Of a stretch of DNA of 64,000 bases, positions 9,381 through 20,226 are shown in pieces. The notes under the pieces were generated by a model, which was not told the origin of the DNA, did no database searches, and saw nothing but the letters and a program-made list of their open reading frames with translations. Origin of the DNA: a virus. The position numbers and the translations under genes were made by a program. How positions within the stretch are numbered: position 1 is the first letter of the stretch; each line of letters opens with the position of its first letter. The stretch is from the IMG/VR virus record IMGVR_UViG_3300046804_004738, positions 1 through 64,000 of that record, one strand, 5' to 3'.

Positions 9381-9592
9381 TGTATTCTGTAAAAATTAGA
9401 AATTTACCAGATACAGACGATGCCGACGAATTTTTCGAAAAAGCACGTAAAAATTGTAAATCTATTATTGGAGCAAAAGTATGCCATGATTACGTACTTA
9501 TAGATATTAATACACACGAAGTAGCCTTTATGTTAGAAATTTATTTTTCTAATCAACAAGAAGCAATTATGTTTGAACTAAAATGCCTATGA
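9380..9592 (+). CDS. Small protein, FxL[KR]W family
   Basis: Ends IYFSNQQEAIMFELKCL. Confidence 0.65.
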   Translation: MYSVKIRNLPDTDDADEFFEKARKNCKSIIGAKVCHDYVLIDINTHEVAFMLEIYFSNQQEAIMFELKCL

Positions 9593-9801
9593 AGGTTGTA
9601 AATCTAAACTATTCCACACATCTTGAACCAATCGTTGGCTACTATTATGACAACATACATTGGAGCGAAGATATTTTTCCAAAAAGTACTTTTTCCAATT
9701 GGCTAGAAAAAGAATACGGTGCAACGTATAATTTTGTTGATCAAAGTTTATTATTTAGAGATGACAAAAATTTTACACATTTTGCGCTTAGATGGCTATA
9801 A
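9583..9801 (+). CDS. Small protein, FxL[KR]W family
   Basis: NWLEKEYG ... LLFRDDKNFTHFALRWL. Confidence 0.65.
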   Translation: MPMKVVNLNYSTHLEPIVGYYYDNIHWSEDIFPKSTFSNWLEKEYGATYNFVDQSLLFRDDKNFTHFALRWL

Positions 9802-9823
9802 TAAAAATTAACTATATGAGTAT

Positions 9824-11302
9824 ATGACATTTGATATAATATTATTAACAGACACGCCTGATTACCCTAGATGGAATAGAGGATACGGAGCACACAGGTT
9901 AGCAAGTCATTTGCGTTCACATGGATATACAGTCCTTGTAATAGATTTTTCTATTGCTTTAACTTTTGAACACTGGACAGAGATATGTACACATGCTGTG
10001 GGTTCAAACACGCAAATGATAGGAATAAGCACTACGTGGTTACCTTTTAGAAAACCATTTGCTGATAACGCTAAAGTAAATCCCCAACCTCATTGGCATG
10101 ATTGGGGTACAGATATGTTTCAAAAACCTTATCCTGAACAATTAACTTTTACGTTAGATTTGGTTAAAGGTAACGCAAATAAATGGTTTGATGTAGCTAG
10201 AAAAATAAATCCTAAAATAAAATTTTTTGCCGGTGGTACAAAAATAGATTGGTACATGGATTTGCCAGTCGACCACTTTATCAATGGTATGGGTGAAAAT
10301 CAAATTATTGATTATCTTACACAACCAAGACGAATTTGGCCTAAACTTATTTCTCATGACACAAAATCTAATGCCAGAGACTGGGGTTGGACAACATGTT
10401 CTACTCAATATACAAAGTTTGATCAGATTCAATCGAAAGAGATTCTTAATTTAGAAACTAGTAGAGGATGTCGTTTTGCTTGTAAATATTGCTCATTTCC
10501 TTTAATAGGTAATAAAAATCTAGCAAGTTATTTAAAGACGGAAGAAACTATTTACAATGAGTTAATGGAAAATTATAACAAATGGGGAACAACTAGATAT
10601 TACATACTTGATGACACGTTTAACGATAGCGAGGAAAAAATTGAATTAATGTATAGAGTAAATAAGCGTTTACCATTTGATTTACATTATTGGGCTTACA
10701 TAAGAGTTGATATGTTGGCACAAAATTATGATACAATACATTTATTACTAGAATCAGGTTTACGTAGTTGTTTTATGGGCATCGAATCATTCAATCCAAA
10801 GACTAGTAAGTTTGTTGGTAAAGGGATGAGTGAACAAAAACGTAAAGATGCCTTATATGAATGTAAACGTGTTTGGGGGGATAAGGTAGGTATAAGAGCA
10901 GGTTATATTATAGGACTGCCTTATGAAAATGAAGAATCTGTGCGTAGACAAGCTGACTGGTTCGCCGAAGAGGACAATCCAATTAATCTGAGTATAGATT
11001 ACGCACCATTGATGATAAATCCACCGGGCGTTTTTAAAAATAATCCAATGAGTGACATTGACAGGAATTATGAGAAATACGGTTATACAATTCCTGATAT
11101 GAATAAACATTTATTTTGGACAAAGGATGATGGTACTGATATCACAACCTTTGAACGTGCGTATACAATAGCAGTTGAATTAACCCAACGATTTAAAAAA
11201 TCGTCTATTCATGATGTAATTACAAGTGATAGAAATGGAATTAAAGATCCAATAAGTGAATATTTTATTCCGTTAATTGACATGTTAAAAAATGAATCTT
11301 AA
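9824..11302 (+). CDS. B12-binding-domain radical SAM enzyme (copy 1)
   Basis: GYGAHRLASHLR-x-x-GY-x-V-x-V-x-D, GMGE, SRGCRFACKYC, DDTFN, GIES. Confidence 0.88.
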   Translation: MTFDIILLTDTPDYPRWNRGYGAHRLASHLRSHGYTVLVIDFSIALTFEHWTEICTHAVGSNTQMIGISTTWLPFRKPFADNAKVNPQPHWHDWGTDMFQKPYPEQLTFTLDLVKGNANKWFDVARKINPKIKFFAGGTKIDWYMDLPVDHFINGMGENQIIDYLTQPRRIWPKLISHDTKSNARDWGWTTCSTQYTKFDQIQSKEILNLETSRGCRFACKYCSFPLIGNKNLASYLKTEETIYNELMENYNKWGTTRYYILDDTFNDSEEKIELMYRVNKRLPFDLHYWAYIRVDMLAQNYDTIHLLLESGLRSCFMGIESFNPKTSKFVGKGMSEQKRKDALYECKRVWGDKVGIRAGYIIGLPYENEESVRRQADWFAEEDNPINLSIDYAPLMINPPGVFKNNPMSDIDRNYEKYGYTIPDMNKHLFWTKDDGTDITTFERAYTIAVELTQRFKKSSIHDVITSDRNGIKDPISEYFIPLIDMLKNES

Positions 11303-11495
11303 AACTAAATATTATCCAATTAAAATTTATTGGAAATCCGGTGATAATATATCTGCTTGGGATCAAAAATGCGTTGAACTATTAGAACAGTTTGGTTTGC
11401 CAGGCGGTCGTTATGTAACTTCTTTTTGTGAAAATTATTTAGAAATAAAATTTTATAAGCACGAAGATGCTATGTTGGCAACTTTAGTTTTATAA
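11292..11495 (+). CDS. Small protein, FxL[KR]W family
   Basis: LLEQFGLPG ... IKFYKHEDAMLATL. Confidence 0.65.
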   Translation: MNLKTKYYPIKIYWKSGDNISAWDQKCVELLEQFGLPGGRYVTSFCENYLEIKFYKHEDAMLATLVL

Positions 11496-11496
11496 A

Positions 11497-12945
11497 ATGC
11501 CTTTTGATATTATTTTATTTACGGAAACTTCTAATTTACCTGCATGGATTAGAGGGTACGGCGCACATAGGCTAGCAAATCATTTAAGACAAAAGGGTTT
11601 CTCAGTCCTTGTAGTAGATTTTTCAAGCTATATAAAATTTGATCTTTGGAAACAAATATGTGATTATGCCATAAGTGATTCTACTAAATTAATAGGATTT
11701 TCTACTACATGGTGGCCTTATAAAATACCGGGAGGAGATTCTCCTAGATTTGCTAAACAGGCAACTGCTGAAGCAAAATCTGTAGACGACCCAACATTAA
11801 TTGAAGCCGCGGTTAACGGTAGTTTACGAGATTGGATTACTTATGCAAAACTAATAAATCCTAAACTTAAAATAATTTTAGGAGGTCCAAAGGCTAATTT
11901 TTACTTAGATATTCCTGCAGATCATTTTGTAATAGGATATGGCGAAACTCAGGTTGAAGATTTAATAACACAGCCTAGAAGAATATTTCCTAAAATAATT
12001 AATCACGACACCGAGGCAAAATCTAAAACGTTTGATTTTAAATATAGTCACACTTGTTATACAGAGTATGATCAAATACAACCTTATGAAAAACTAATGA
12101 TAGAATTTTCCAGAGGTTGTAGATTTAAATGTAGCTTTTGTAACTATCCCTTAATAGGCAGAAAAGATGTTTCTAACTATATTAAGGATCCAGATGTTAT
12201 CTATTCTGAATTGATGCATAATTACGAAAATTATGGGATAAAAGATTATTTTGTAGCTGATGACACTTTAAATGATTCAACTGAAAAATTAGAACAAATT
12301 GTTAAAGGAATACGCAAATTACCTTTTCAACCTAAATTTTCAGCATATACAAGATTAGATGTAATGGTAAAAAGTCCAGAACATGTTAGTTTACTTAGCG
12401 AAATAGGATTAGCTAGAACATGGATAGGATTAGATTCATTGCATCCTATTGCTTCCAAAAAAATTGGAAAGGGGATGAGCGAACATCTTAAAAAAGAAAT
12501 GTTATATAAGCTTCAAGAGGAATGGGGCAAAACTGTAACTATTGATGTAGGATATATTGTTGGTTTACCAGAAGAACCTAAAAATTTTATTGAAAAAGTT
12601 GCTGAGTGGATAAACGAAAAAGATAATCCTATATATAACGTAGAATTTATAGCTTTACTTTTAGTTCCTCCAAGCACAGTGTTACAGTATTCTCCTAGAA
12701 GTGACATGGATATTAATTATGAAAAATATGGATATCAGATCCCTAATATGGAAAAATTTTGGCAATGGACAAAACAAGATGACACTGAAATTTATTCATA
12801 TGATCAAGCAAATTCGTTAGCAGTTCAATTAAATTCTCAAAAAATTAAAAAAGATTATTTACCTAACATGGAAGAAAATGCAGAAGTTTATAAAAATCCA
12901 GATTGGTATTTTACCGGTTTAATTTCTAAATTAAAAAAAGTATAA
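11497..12945 (+). CDS. B12-binding-domain radical SAM enzyme (copy 2, paralog of 9824)
   Basis: GYGAHRLANHLR, GYGE, SRGCRFKCSFC, DDTLND; collinear with copy 1. Confidence 0.88.
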   Translation: MPFDIILFTETSNLPAWIRGYGAHRLANHLRQKGFSVLVVDFSSYIKFDLWKQICDYAISDSTKLIGFSTTWWPYKIPGGDSPRFAKQATAEAKSVDDPTLIEAAVNGSLRDWITYAKLINPKLKIILGGPKANFYLDIPADHFVIGYGETQVEDLITQPRRIFPKIINHDTEAKSKTFDFKYSHTCYTEYDQIQPYEKLMIEFSRGCRFKCSFCNYPLIGRKDVSNYIKDPDVIYSELMHNYENYGIKDYFVADDTLNDSTEKLEQIVKGIRKLPFQPKFSAYTRLDVMVKSPEHVSLLSEIGLARTWIGLDSLHPIASKKIGKGMSEHLKKEMLYKLQEEWGKTVTIDVGYIVGLPEEPKNFIEKVAEWINEKDNPIYNVEFIALLLVPPSTVLQYSPRSDMDINYEKYGYQIPNMEKFWQWTKQDDTEIYSYDQANSLAVQLNSQKIKKDYLPNMEENAEVYKNPDWYFTGLISKLKKV

Positions 12946-12965
12946 TATAATTTTATACAAGCATA

Positions 12966-13196
12966 ATGAAACTAATAGTTGAACAAGAAACATATGTTGC
13001 CAAAGATGGAACAGAATATATTTCTGTAGAAGTTGATGGGCAATCTTACTATGGTGATTATCCTGGTTGGTTAGCAATGATTGATTGGGCGGTCGAAACA
13101 TTTGGTCCTGAAGCTGATCGTTGGCACGTTAGTAATAAACGATTTTGGTTTCGTGATAAACAAGACGCAGAATGGTTTTTGTTGAGGTGGTCATAG
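12966..13196 (+). CDS. Small protein, FxL[KR]W family
   Basis: DWAVETFGP ... FWFRDKQDAEWFLLRWS. Confidence 0.7.
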   Translation: MKLIVEQETYVAKDGTEYISVEVDGQSYYGDYPGWLAMIDWAVETFGPEADRWHVSNKRFWFRDKQDAEWFLLRWS

Positions 13197-13197
13197 T

Positions 13198-14148
13198 ATG
13201 AAACTTGTAGGGCCTAAAGTAAAGTTTAAAGACGGTGAATATGCTATGGTTCCATATGGTTCGGGTGGCAAGAAAATACATCAAGGTCTTGAAGCCTTTC
13301 CGGGCACTGAATGGATGAAGATGGAAATAACAGAAAAAATATTTAATGGATGTGATTGTTATCCTTGGCGAGAGGTGTTTGCATGGTTACCGGTGAAAAC
13401 AATTAATGGCAAATATGTTTGGATGCGTAAAGTATATAAACAAAAATATTGGGCTGTTTGGGGCTCACACTTTCATCTGTCACCTATTGTAGAATACGGT
13501 ACAGTTTTTGATATATTAACATATGAAAAATAAATTATTGCGTAGAAAAGTATTAATTCGTGAGTATGATTTTAACAAAATCAAAACCAAAGCCACAGCA
13601 AAAATTGACAGATATGAAACACTTTATGATCGTGCAACCTTCACTCCTATCACAAAAGATGATTTAGAAAAAGAATACATGATGTTTATTTTAATGAGAG
13701 ATGAGACTGTAAGTAAATTACAAAGTCCAATGGATCAATGGAAACCAACTGAGTATCCAAGTAGCTATTTATGGCATTTAAGCAAAAAACTATACAATGA
13801 AGATTACGCACGTTGGGAAAGTAGATTTGATGAAAATGGTTATCTTGTTGTAAAACATAGTAAAGGTAAACCAGAAACTAAATTAGGTTGGGGAATATTT
13901 GAAAAGCAACTATGAATTATTTCCCACATCCAATGGACTTGATGCAATTGCCCTGCGGTGGCATAGCAGAATTAGATGTTGATACGGGGTTGTGTTATCG
14001 TTGCCAACAATGTATGGCAATAGTCGGAAGTGATGATATGCCACAATCTTGTAAAGATGAAAGACAAAAATGGAATAACTGGAAAGAGTTAGGTGGTGAA
14101 GGTTGGGATTACAAAATACCTCAAAGTTATTCGGATGACTGGACATGA
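13198..14148 (+). CDS. Three hypothetical genes (13198-13533, 13523-13915, 13912-14148; the last has a Cys cluster)
   Basis: ORF track; translationally coupled overlaps. Confidence 0.6.
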
Positions 14149-14333
14149 GATACAAAACTTATACTCATAGATTTGAACCCAAAAACGAGATAGACAAGCT
14201 AGACCATATTAAATGGTGTCGAAGAAATTTAGGTGAGCGTGGTAGAGATTGGGACTTCTCTGGTGGCTTTAAATTAGACATTGTAATCTACACTGAGAAA
14301 TATATTCCATTTTATAAACTTAAATTTGATTGA
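14145..14333 (+). CDS. Small protein, FxL[KR]W family
   Basis: KWCRRNLG ... DW ... FYKLKF. Confidence 0.65.
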   Translation: MRYKTYTHRFEPKNEIDKLDHIKWCRRNLGERGRDWDFSGGFKLDIVIYTEKYIPFYKLKFD

Positions 14334-14371
14334 CCAAAATTATTGTAAATAAGAAAATACACAGTTATACT
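14333..14371 (+). promoter_or_regulatory. Sigma70-like promoter with upstream CCAAAAT box
   Basis: ACCAAAAT-ta-TTGTAA-17bp-TATACT. Confidence 0.6.
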
Positions 14372-14389
14372 TACACAGAGAGGTAAAAT

Positions 14390-15734
14390 ATGAATCTAAT
14401 TGCTAAACCAGTAGTAAAAGATCAGTTTTGGATCGTCACAGACGGAAAGAAAAAAGTTGGTAACGTTATAGCTAACGGATCCGGCTATCAAGTTAAACTA
14501 GGAAACTCAAAGAAAGAATACCCTAGCACAAAAACAATTTCTAACAAAGAACGTATTGAATTCGTCAAATTCAAAAAAGTAGATAAAAAAAATCCAAATC
14601 CTTACGAACACTTTCCAACTACTGGAAAAGTCTTTAATAGTGTCTTGGACGTTAGAAGAAAAATTCATCTTTTTACAAAGACAACAAAAAGTAAATGTTA
14701 CTATGCTGCTGGCTGGTACGCTATAAAACAAGGACTAGATTTTGTCCCCATACTTTGTCCTAAATATATCTTTGTACAAAGATACGAATCAATTGGTCCT
14801 TTTATGACCAAAGATGAAGCAGAAAATGCGATAAATATATTATGATTAATATAAAGCGTTTTATTGATAAAATAGCTAGTATGGAGGGTAAACAAGGAAG
14901 AGATGTTGTTTTACCTATTTCAGATGCCCGTGCGTTACGGGATGAAATTACTAAACTCCTACTTGATCAACGTGACTCAAATCCTACCCAAACAACTAAT
15001 GAAGTTATACAGGTAGAGTTAAAGGGTGGAAAATGGTAACTTAATGGGACGAACTCAACCAAAAGTAATATTAGAAATAGTTGACAAGACAACTTACAAA
15101 TGTGATCAAATTGTTGAGGCTGCTGGAATTTGGGCAGTCTTTTATGACGGGCAACCTATTAATTTAAAAAGTAATCATTATTTAGATAGCGAATCAGTAC
15201 CAAAATACAAAAAAACAAGTTTTAGTAATCCAGGACATGCACGTAACTTATGTCGTAAATTAAATCAACAATTTAAAACTGAAAAATTTAGTGTTGTTTT
15301 TATGAATTCAGGAACTAAGGTTTACCCAGATGATTAGAGATTCTCTTAAACGAAGAATTACAAAAGCCATTTTAGAGGATGTGAAAGAACAACATTTAGA
15401 TGTTGAAAAGGCTATGAAAACTTTTTGGCTTGATATAAGAAATGAAGGTGGATTACGCCTTACAGATGTAGGAGATTCATTTTTCAAAAGAGCGGACCTT
15501 GAGTATTTTGAATTTCCTTTTAGATTACAAAAAATAATAGACAAAGAACCTATTTATAGTTATCAAAATCTTATGTTGGATTTAAGTTTAAAACTACCAT
15601 GTCCCTATTTTATTGGAAGACACAAACCTAACGAACCATACATAAAAATTTATGATAGCAAAATTGCTATGATGATAAATTTATACGGCAACATTTACGA
15701 ATATTTGAGGAACAGTCAACTTAAACGTAAATAA
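14390..15734 (+). CDS. Four hypothetical phage genes (14390-14845, 14842-15039, 15044-15337, 15330-15734)
   Basis: ORF track; GAGG RBS before the first; TAAATA at 14832-14837 just before the second. Confidence 0.7.
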
Positions 15735-15750
15735 TAAAAAGGGGTATAAT

Positions 15751-15909
15751 ATGACTGAAGAAAAGAAAACTAAAAATCCATTTATAAATATAGCTAATGC
15801 TGTTAAGAAAAACAATTCATTTCCTAATCAGCAGCAGAACAAAGTTCCAAAACCAAACAAGGGGTTTGGTGGGGCAACAACAATGAGAAAAACAGGGAGA
15901 GGACGATGA
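15751..15909 (+). CDS. Small basic protein (52 aa, not in ORF track)
   Basis: MTEEKKTKNPF...MRKTGRGR, preceded by AGGGG. Confidence 0.55.
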   Translation: MTEEKKTKNPFINIANAVKKNNSFPNQQQNKVPKPNKGFGGATTMRKTGRGR

Positions 15910-16082
15910 ATTATTTGGTAATATTAGCACTAGTTTCAGTTTTAACAATACCGGCTGCATTTGCAGCAGATGCACCAAATGCGCCAGTAAAAAAGGGTAA
16001 CTTGATGCTTGCTAAAAAGAAAGATCACAGCAAGGCACCGGAACCAGCTAAAAAATCCGAGAAAAAATCTAAAAAGAAATAA
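15906..16082 (+). CDS. Small secreted Lys-rich protein (58 aa, not in ORF track)
   Basis: Signal peptide MNYLVILALVSVLTIPAAFA, then K/P/A-rich tail; GGAG RBS. Confidence 0.6.
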   Translation: MNYLVILALVSVLTIPAAFAADAPNAPVKKGNLMLAKKKDHSKAPEPAKKSEKKSKKK

Positions 16083-16155
16083 GTTAGATAAATAGTTTTA
16101 CAGTTATGAGGTTCTGCAAAAAACCTCAACTCACACTTACAGATAGGAGAATAAC

Positions 16156-16422
16156 ATGTTGTATGATTTTTTCAACCCAAACGTCTATAAAAATTTCTAT
16201 TCACCAGAATTTTACATCGACAGTTTTCAAAATACCAAAAAAGTAATTACTGATAAAATAATTACAGACAAAACACTTAACAAAGCAGCACATTCATATA
16301 TTGATGGACAAACTGCATTTGCAAAAGTTTTGGTAAATAATGCTATGGAAATTGCAAAAGTTATCACAGAAAACTTAAGTGATAAAGTTATGCAAAAACC
16401 AAAAGCAGCTAAGGCAGATTAA
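16156..16422 (+). CDS. Hypothetical helical protein, possibly phasin-like
   Basis: IDSFQNTKK...YIDGQTAFAK amphipathic pattern; TAAATA at 16089, short hairpin and AGGAG upstream. Confidence 0.45.
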   Translation: MLYDFFNPNVYKNFYSPEFYIDSFQNTKKVITDKIITDKTLNKAAHSYIDGQTAFAKVLVNNAMEIAKVITENLSDKVMQKPKAAKAD

Positions 16423-16600
16423 TGCCTTATTGGGTGAGATCCTTTTTAAACAAATTATCACCAAATCAGTATGGTACTGAATTGGAAAAATATATTGTTA
16501 GCAGGGATCCAAAAACTCTAGCAGATATAGAAATATATACGCTAGAGTATCATAGAAAACTTGCACAACAAGTTTTCAATTAAATTACACGGAGACACAT

Positions 16601-16876
16601 ATGAACGACTTTACACCAAAACTACCAGAAGTAAAATTTAACAAAAACGGTTACGAAATTCGTACAGACATTCTTGGCATGGCCAAAGACCTTTTGCATT
16701 CAGAACACTCATCTAAATTTGCTGGTTGGGAAATGAGTGCCAAACGTGATGAAAAGACTGGTCAGATCGTCACTACAGTTGGCATGCCAGAATTTCCAGG
16801 TCTAGACAAAGTTTTAGAAACTGCGGAAAAAATGTATGCATTTGTTAACCAAACAGCAAATATTAATAAAAAGTAA
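16601..16876 (+). CDS. Hypothetical phage protein
   Basis: NKNGYEIRTDILGMAK ... AEKMYAFV; GGAG RBS. Confidence 0.7.
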   Translation: MNDFTPKLPEVKFNKNGYEIRTDILGMAKDLLHSEHSSKFAGWEMSAKRDEKTGQIVTTVGMPEFPGLDKVLETAEKMYAFVNQTANINKK

Positions 16877-16892
16877 TTACTAAAATTACAAC

Positions 16893-16921
16893 AAAATAGC
16901 CCCGAAAGGGGCTATTTTTTT
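16893..16921 (+). terminator. Rho-independent terminator
   Basis: aaaatagcccc-gaaa-ggggctattttttt. Confidence 0.93.
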
Positions 16922-16925
16922 CGGC

Positions 16926-16954
16926 TTGACAATAAATCATACAGGTACTATAAT
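16926..16954 (+). promoter_or_regulatory. Sigma70-type early promoter
   Basis: TTGACA-ataaatcatacaggtac-TATAAT, perfect consensus with 17-bp spacer. Confidence 0.88.
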
Positions 16955-16988
16955 CACAGTATCTTAATTACATTTTGAGATTAACAAA

Positions 16989-17231
16989 ATGATAACAGCA
17001 GAAAAAATTGCAAAATTGTCAACACTTGACGCAAGCGGGCTTGACAATGCACTAATTAACGGCGGTTACTCAATGTTTGAGCGCCCTAAAACAGCAAAGT
17101 TTTTGGGTATCACAACCGGTGGTGATTTTTGTTATCAATTTACTTACAAAGATAATGATAGTGGATTGTTATCAATAGGGAAACTTTTTGTTGACATAGA
17201 TGAAACTGGAAAAATTGTTGCCGAATACTAA
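16989..17231 (+). CDS. Early hypothetical protein
   Basis: ORF downstream of consensus promoter. Confidence 0.65.
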   Translation: MITAEKIAKLSTLDASGLDNALINGGYSMFERPKTAKFLGITTGGDFCYQFTYKDNDSGLLSIGKLFVDIDETGKIVAEY

Positions 17232-17296
17232 TTTTGGTTGACAATAAATCCATTTGGAGATATACTATCGGTATAGTGAATAACAAGGAGCTAGAA
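17232..17296 (+). repeat. Promoter-leader-RBS repeat cassette
   Basis: ttttggTTGACAataaatccatttggagaTATACTatcggtatagtgaataacAAGGAG; near-identical copies at 30146, 30403, 59900(-), 61208(-), 62523(-). Confidence 0.88.
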
Positions 17297-18020
17297 ATGA
17301 CCGAATTCGAATCTAAGTGCTACGGTATGACTGAACAAGATATCCGCGATCAGTATATCAATAGCCTCACCGCTAAATTATCTGGTCTTGAAATGGTTGT
17401 CATGAGCATTTTATCTGATTGTCAAGAAATGCAAAATTTCGGTGTTGATACGAAAGAGCGAATCCGCAAGCAAATGAATGTTGCTAAATTCATTCTTGCT
17501 GAGATGATGGATGCTAAGCGCAAGGAGGAAGTATAATGTCTAAAACCTACACATTTAGGCAAGAGGTTACTATCTGCATTACAGTTCAAGCAGAAAATGA
17601 AGAATCAGCATATGAAATGCTAGAAGATATTGATCCTCTTACAGGTGATCTTGAATATCAAGAACCTGAGTTGGAGTATGTTGAAGATGAGAATGGTAAG
17701 GTAATTTGGAACTTTTATCAAGGAGATTTGGTATAATGACTACTATTCAAAAAATGTCTGATATTAATCAAACAATTATGTTTGGTAATTTAACTAATGA
17801 CCAACTTAATTCAGTTATTACCGCAGTTAAGTTTGCCCGTAATCAATTGCTCAAAGAAACCAAACGAAGCATTAGTGTCGGCAGTGATGTAAAATTTGTC
17901 AACAGCCGCAACGGTCAAACAGTTATGGGAAAGGTTACTTCAATTAAAACAAAAAATGTAATCGTAGCAGTTGGTCTTAGTAACTGGCGTGTACCCGCTA
18001 ACATGTTGGAGGTTATATAA
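17297..18020 (+). CDS. Three early small hypothetical genes (17297-17536, 17536-17736, 17736-18020)
   Basis: Each has an AGGAG RBS; TAATG stop/start coupling. Confidence 0.7.
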
Positions 18021-18462
18021 TGAACAAAATAGAAGAATTGGCCAACGACATTGCATTTCTCAATAATTCGGACATGCAAAAGCTTGCAGAAATATTGGTA
18101 AAAGATTATACTACAAGGGCTGATGCACTTGAGGCACAATTAAACAATGCCCTTTTTGATAGTTCACTTTATAAAGTAGAGGGTGGTTTTGTATGAACAA
18201 CTTTGTACTAGGTACAATTTTTGGTATTGTAGTTTCAACAATTGGATTTGCAGGTGTTGCAAAGGTGCTTGACAAGGCAGTGGTAGTAACTAAAGAACAA
18301 GCAATTAAAGCAACTAAGGATTAATAATGACTACCAAGGGACAAATAATTCTGTTTTTCTTTTTACTAATTTTTATTGTTCCTACAACCTTTTATATAAT
18401 CTATAAAATTACTAAGTCTGCAATTGTTGAAATTTTCTTTTACTTTAAGGCTAGAAAAAATT

Positions 18463-18882
18463 ATGGGACTTGATCAATACGCATACGCAGCAATTAAATC
18501 TGGTGCTAGAGATGAATATTACGAAGAAAAGTATGAGCATGGCAACAAAGATGCACATGATTCTACAACCGAACTAGCATATTGGCGCAAGCATCCTAAT
18601 CTTCAAGGTTGGATGGAACGCCTTTGGAATGAAAAGGGTTGTCCTGGTGTGGAAGAAGGTTTTAATGATGTTATGTTTAACGGTATTGAACTTGAATTAA
18701 CCTTTGACGATATTGTAAGGTTAGAAGAGGACGTTAAAAATAATAATCTTCCACCTACTACTGGATTCTTTTACGGTAGTGATGCCGATGATTACTACAA
18801 AGCACAGGATCTAGATTTTGTGTACGAGGCAAAAACAAGGCTTTTCTTAGGACAAAAAGTATTCTATAATTCAAGTTGGTAA
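18463..18882 (+). CDS. Phage hypothetical protein (MGLD...YWRK family)
   Basis: MGLDQYAY, ELAYWRKHPNLQGWM, FYNSSW. Confidence 0.7.
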   Translation: MGLDQYAYAAIKSGARDEYYEEKYEHGNKDAHDSTTELAYWRKHPNLQGWMERLWNEKGCPGVEEGFNDVMFNGIELELTFDDIVRLEEDVKNNNLPPTTGFFYGSDADDYYKAQDLDFVYEAKTRLFLGQKVFYNSSW

Positions 18883-18891
18883 AGGATAAAC

Positions 18892-20226
18892 ATGTCGGCA
18901 AGTTGGATACGCAAACTCACTGAAAGTGATAGTCGCCTTCACAAAGAAGATGTTATACGACAAGCATTGGAAGCTGCTACATTGGGCAGCACTAATGCCA
19001 TTAATTTTTTAACACTGATTAAGGTTTGTTACAACCCCTATCATACTTTTGGCATCAAACAAGTGCCCGATACTGTTGGCATTACTGATGCAGAAAATCC
19101 ATGGAATGAATTTAATGATTTACTTCATTATCTTGGTCAACGAGCATTAACTGGTAATGCTGCCCGCGAAGCTATTGCAGAACTTAGCGAAAAATTTGAC
19201 AGCGAAGAATGGAATACCTTCTTGGCACCTGTGTTACGCCGTGACCTTCGTGCAGGTATTAGTGACAAAACAATTAATAAAATTTGTAAAGGTACAGATT
19301 ACGAAGTGCCCATCTTTGGTTGTCAATTGGCAACTAATAGTGAAGGTCGCCCTGAAATGAAGGGTACAAAACGCCTTGAGCCCAAACTTGATGGTGTTCG
19401 TGTTCTAATGATGGTCAGCGGTATTAAAGATAATGAAAGACTTCATGTTACAAGTTATAGTCGTAATGGCAAAATCTTTGATAACTTTGGTCACATTGAA
19501 CAACAAATTAAAGATCATATAAGTCTTTTTTATTCCCTGCATATAGAATTTCAGCATGGATTTATTCTTGATGGCGAGGTAGTTGGTAATAGTTTTCAAG
19601 AATTAATGCGACAGGCAAGGCGTAAGGAAAATGTACAGGCAGAAGATAGTATATTTCATATCTTTGACATTGTACCACTTGAAAGATTCCGTAAGGGAGT
19701 TTACAAAGAGCCATTAAGTAAAAGAATAAAATTTTTAGAAAAAATGCGTTCGCCTATCGATAATATGCCGAATGTTGAATTACTGCCTCATATTAATGTA
19801 GACCTTGACTACAGTGAAGGACATGATCAACTTAATCGTTATGCTAAGGATATGGTTAACTTAGGTTACGAAGGCATTATGATTAAAGATATTCATGCAC
19901 CATATGTTTGTAAGCGTAGCACAGATTGGATGAAGTGGAAACCAACCATCACTGTTGACCTCACAGTAATTTCTATTGAACAAGGTACTGGTCGCAATAG
20001 TGAAAGACTAGGCGCACTTGTATGTGAGGGTGAAGATGATGGTAAGTATATTACTGTTAATGTGGGTAGTGGTTTCAGTGATGAGGATCGTGACAGTTAT
20101 TGGAACAACCAATCCGCAATTATTGGTCGTACAGCCGAAATACTTTGCGATGCTGTTACTCAGAACCAAGATGGAAGTTATAGCCTTCGCTTTCCTCGCT
20201 TTCTACGTTTTAGGGATGATAAATGA
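18892..20226 (+). CDS. lig: ATP-dependent DNA ligase
   Basis: EPKLDGVR (motif I), SRNGK, LDGE, IFD, EGIMIK, WMKWK, VGSGF, SLRFPRF. Confidence 0.96.
   Translation: MSASWIRKLTESDSRLHKEDVIRQALEAATLGSTNAINFLTLIKVCYNPYHTFGIKQVPDTVGITDAENPWNEFNDLLHYLGQRALTGNAAREAIAELSEKFDSEEWNTFLAPVLRRDLRAGISDKTINKICKGTDYEVPIFGCQLATNSEGRPEMKGTKRLEPKLDGVRVLMMVSGIKDNERLHVTSYSRNGKIFDNFGHIEQQIKDHISLFYSLHIEFQHGFILDGEVVGNSFQELMRQARRKENVQAEDSIFHIFDIVPLERFRKGVYKEPLSKRIKFLEKMRSPIDNMPNVELLPHINVDLDYSEGHDQLNRYAKDMVNLGYEGIMIKDIHAPYVCKRSTDWMKWKPTITVDLTVISIEQGTGRNSERLGALVCEGEDDGKYITVNVGSGFSDEDRDSYWNNQSAIIGRTAEILCDAVTQNQDGSYSLRFPRFLRFRDDK

Noticed and set aside
17234-17296. Shared N-terminal 'VDNKSIWRY...NNKE' peptide in ORFs 17234, 30381, 59633-60070 and 62250-62681
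   Set aside because: It is the translation of the promoter/RBS DNA repeat; the real starts follow AAGGAG (17297, 30468, 59899, 62522).
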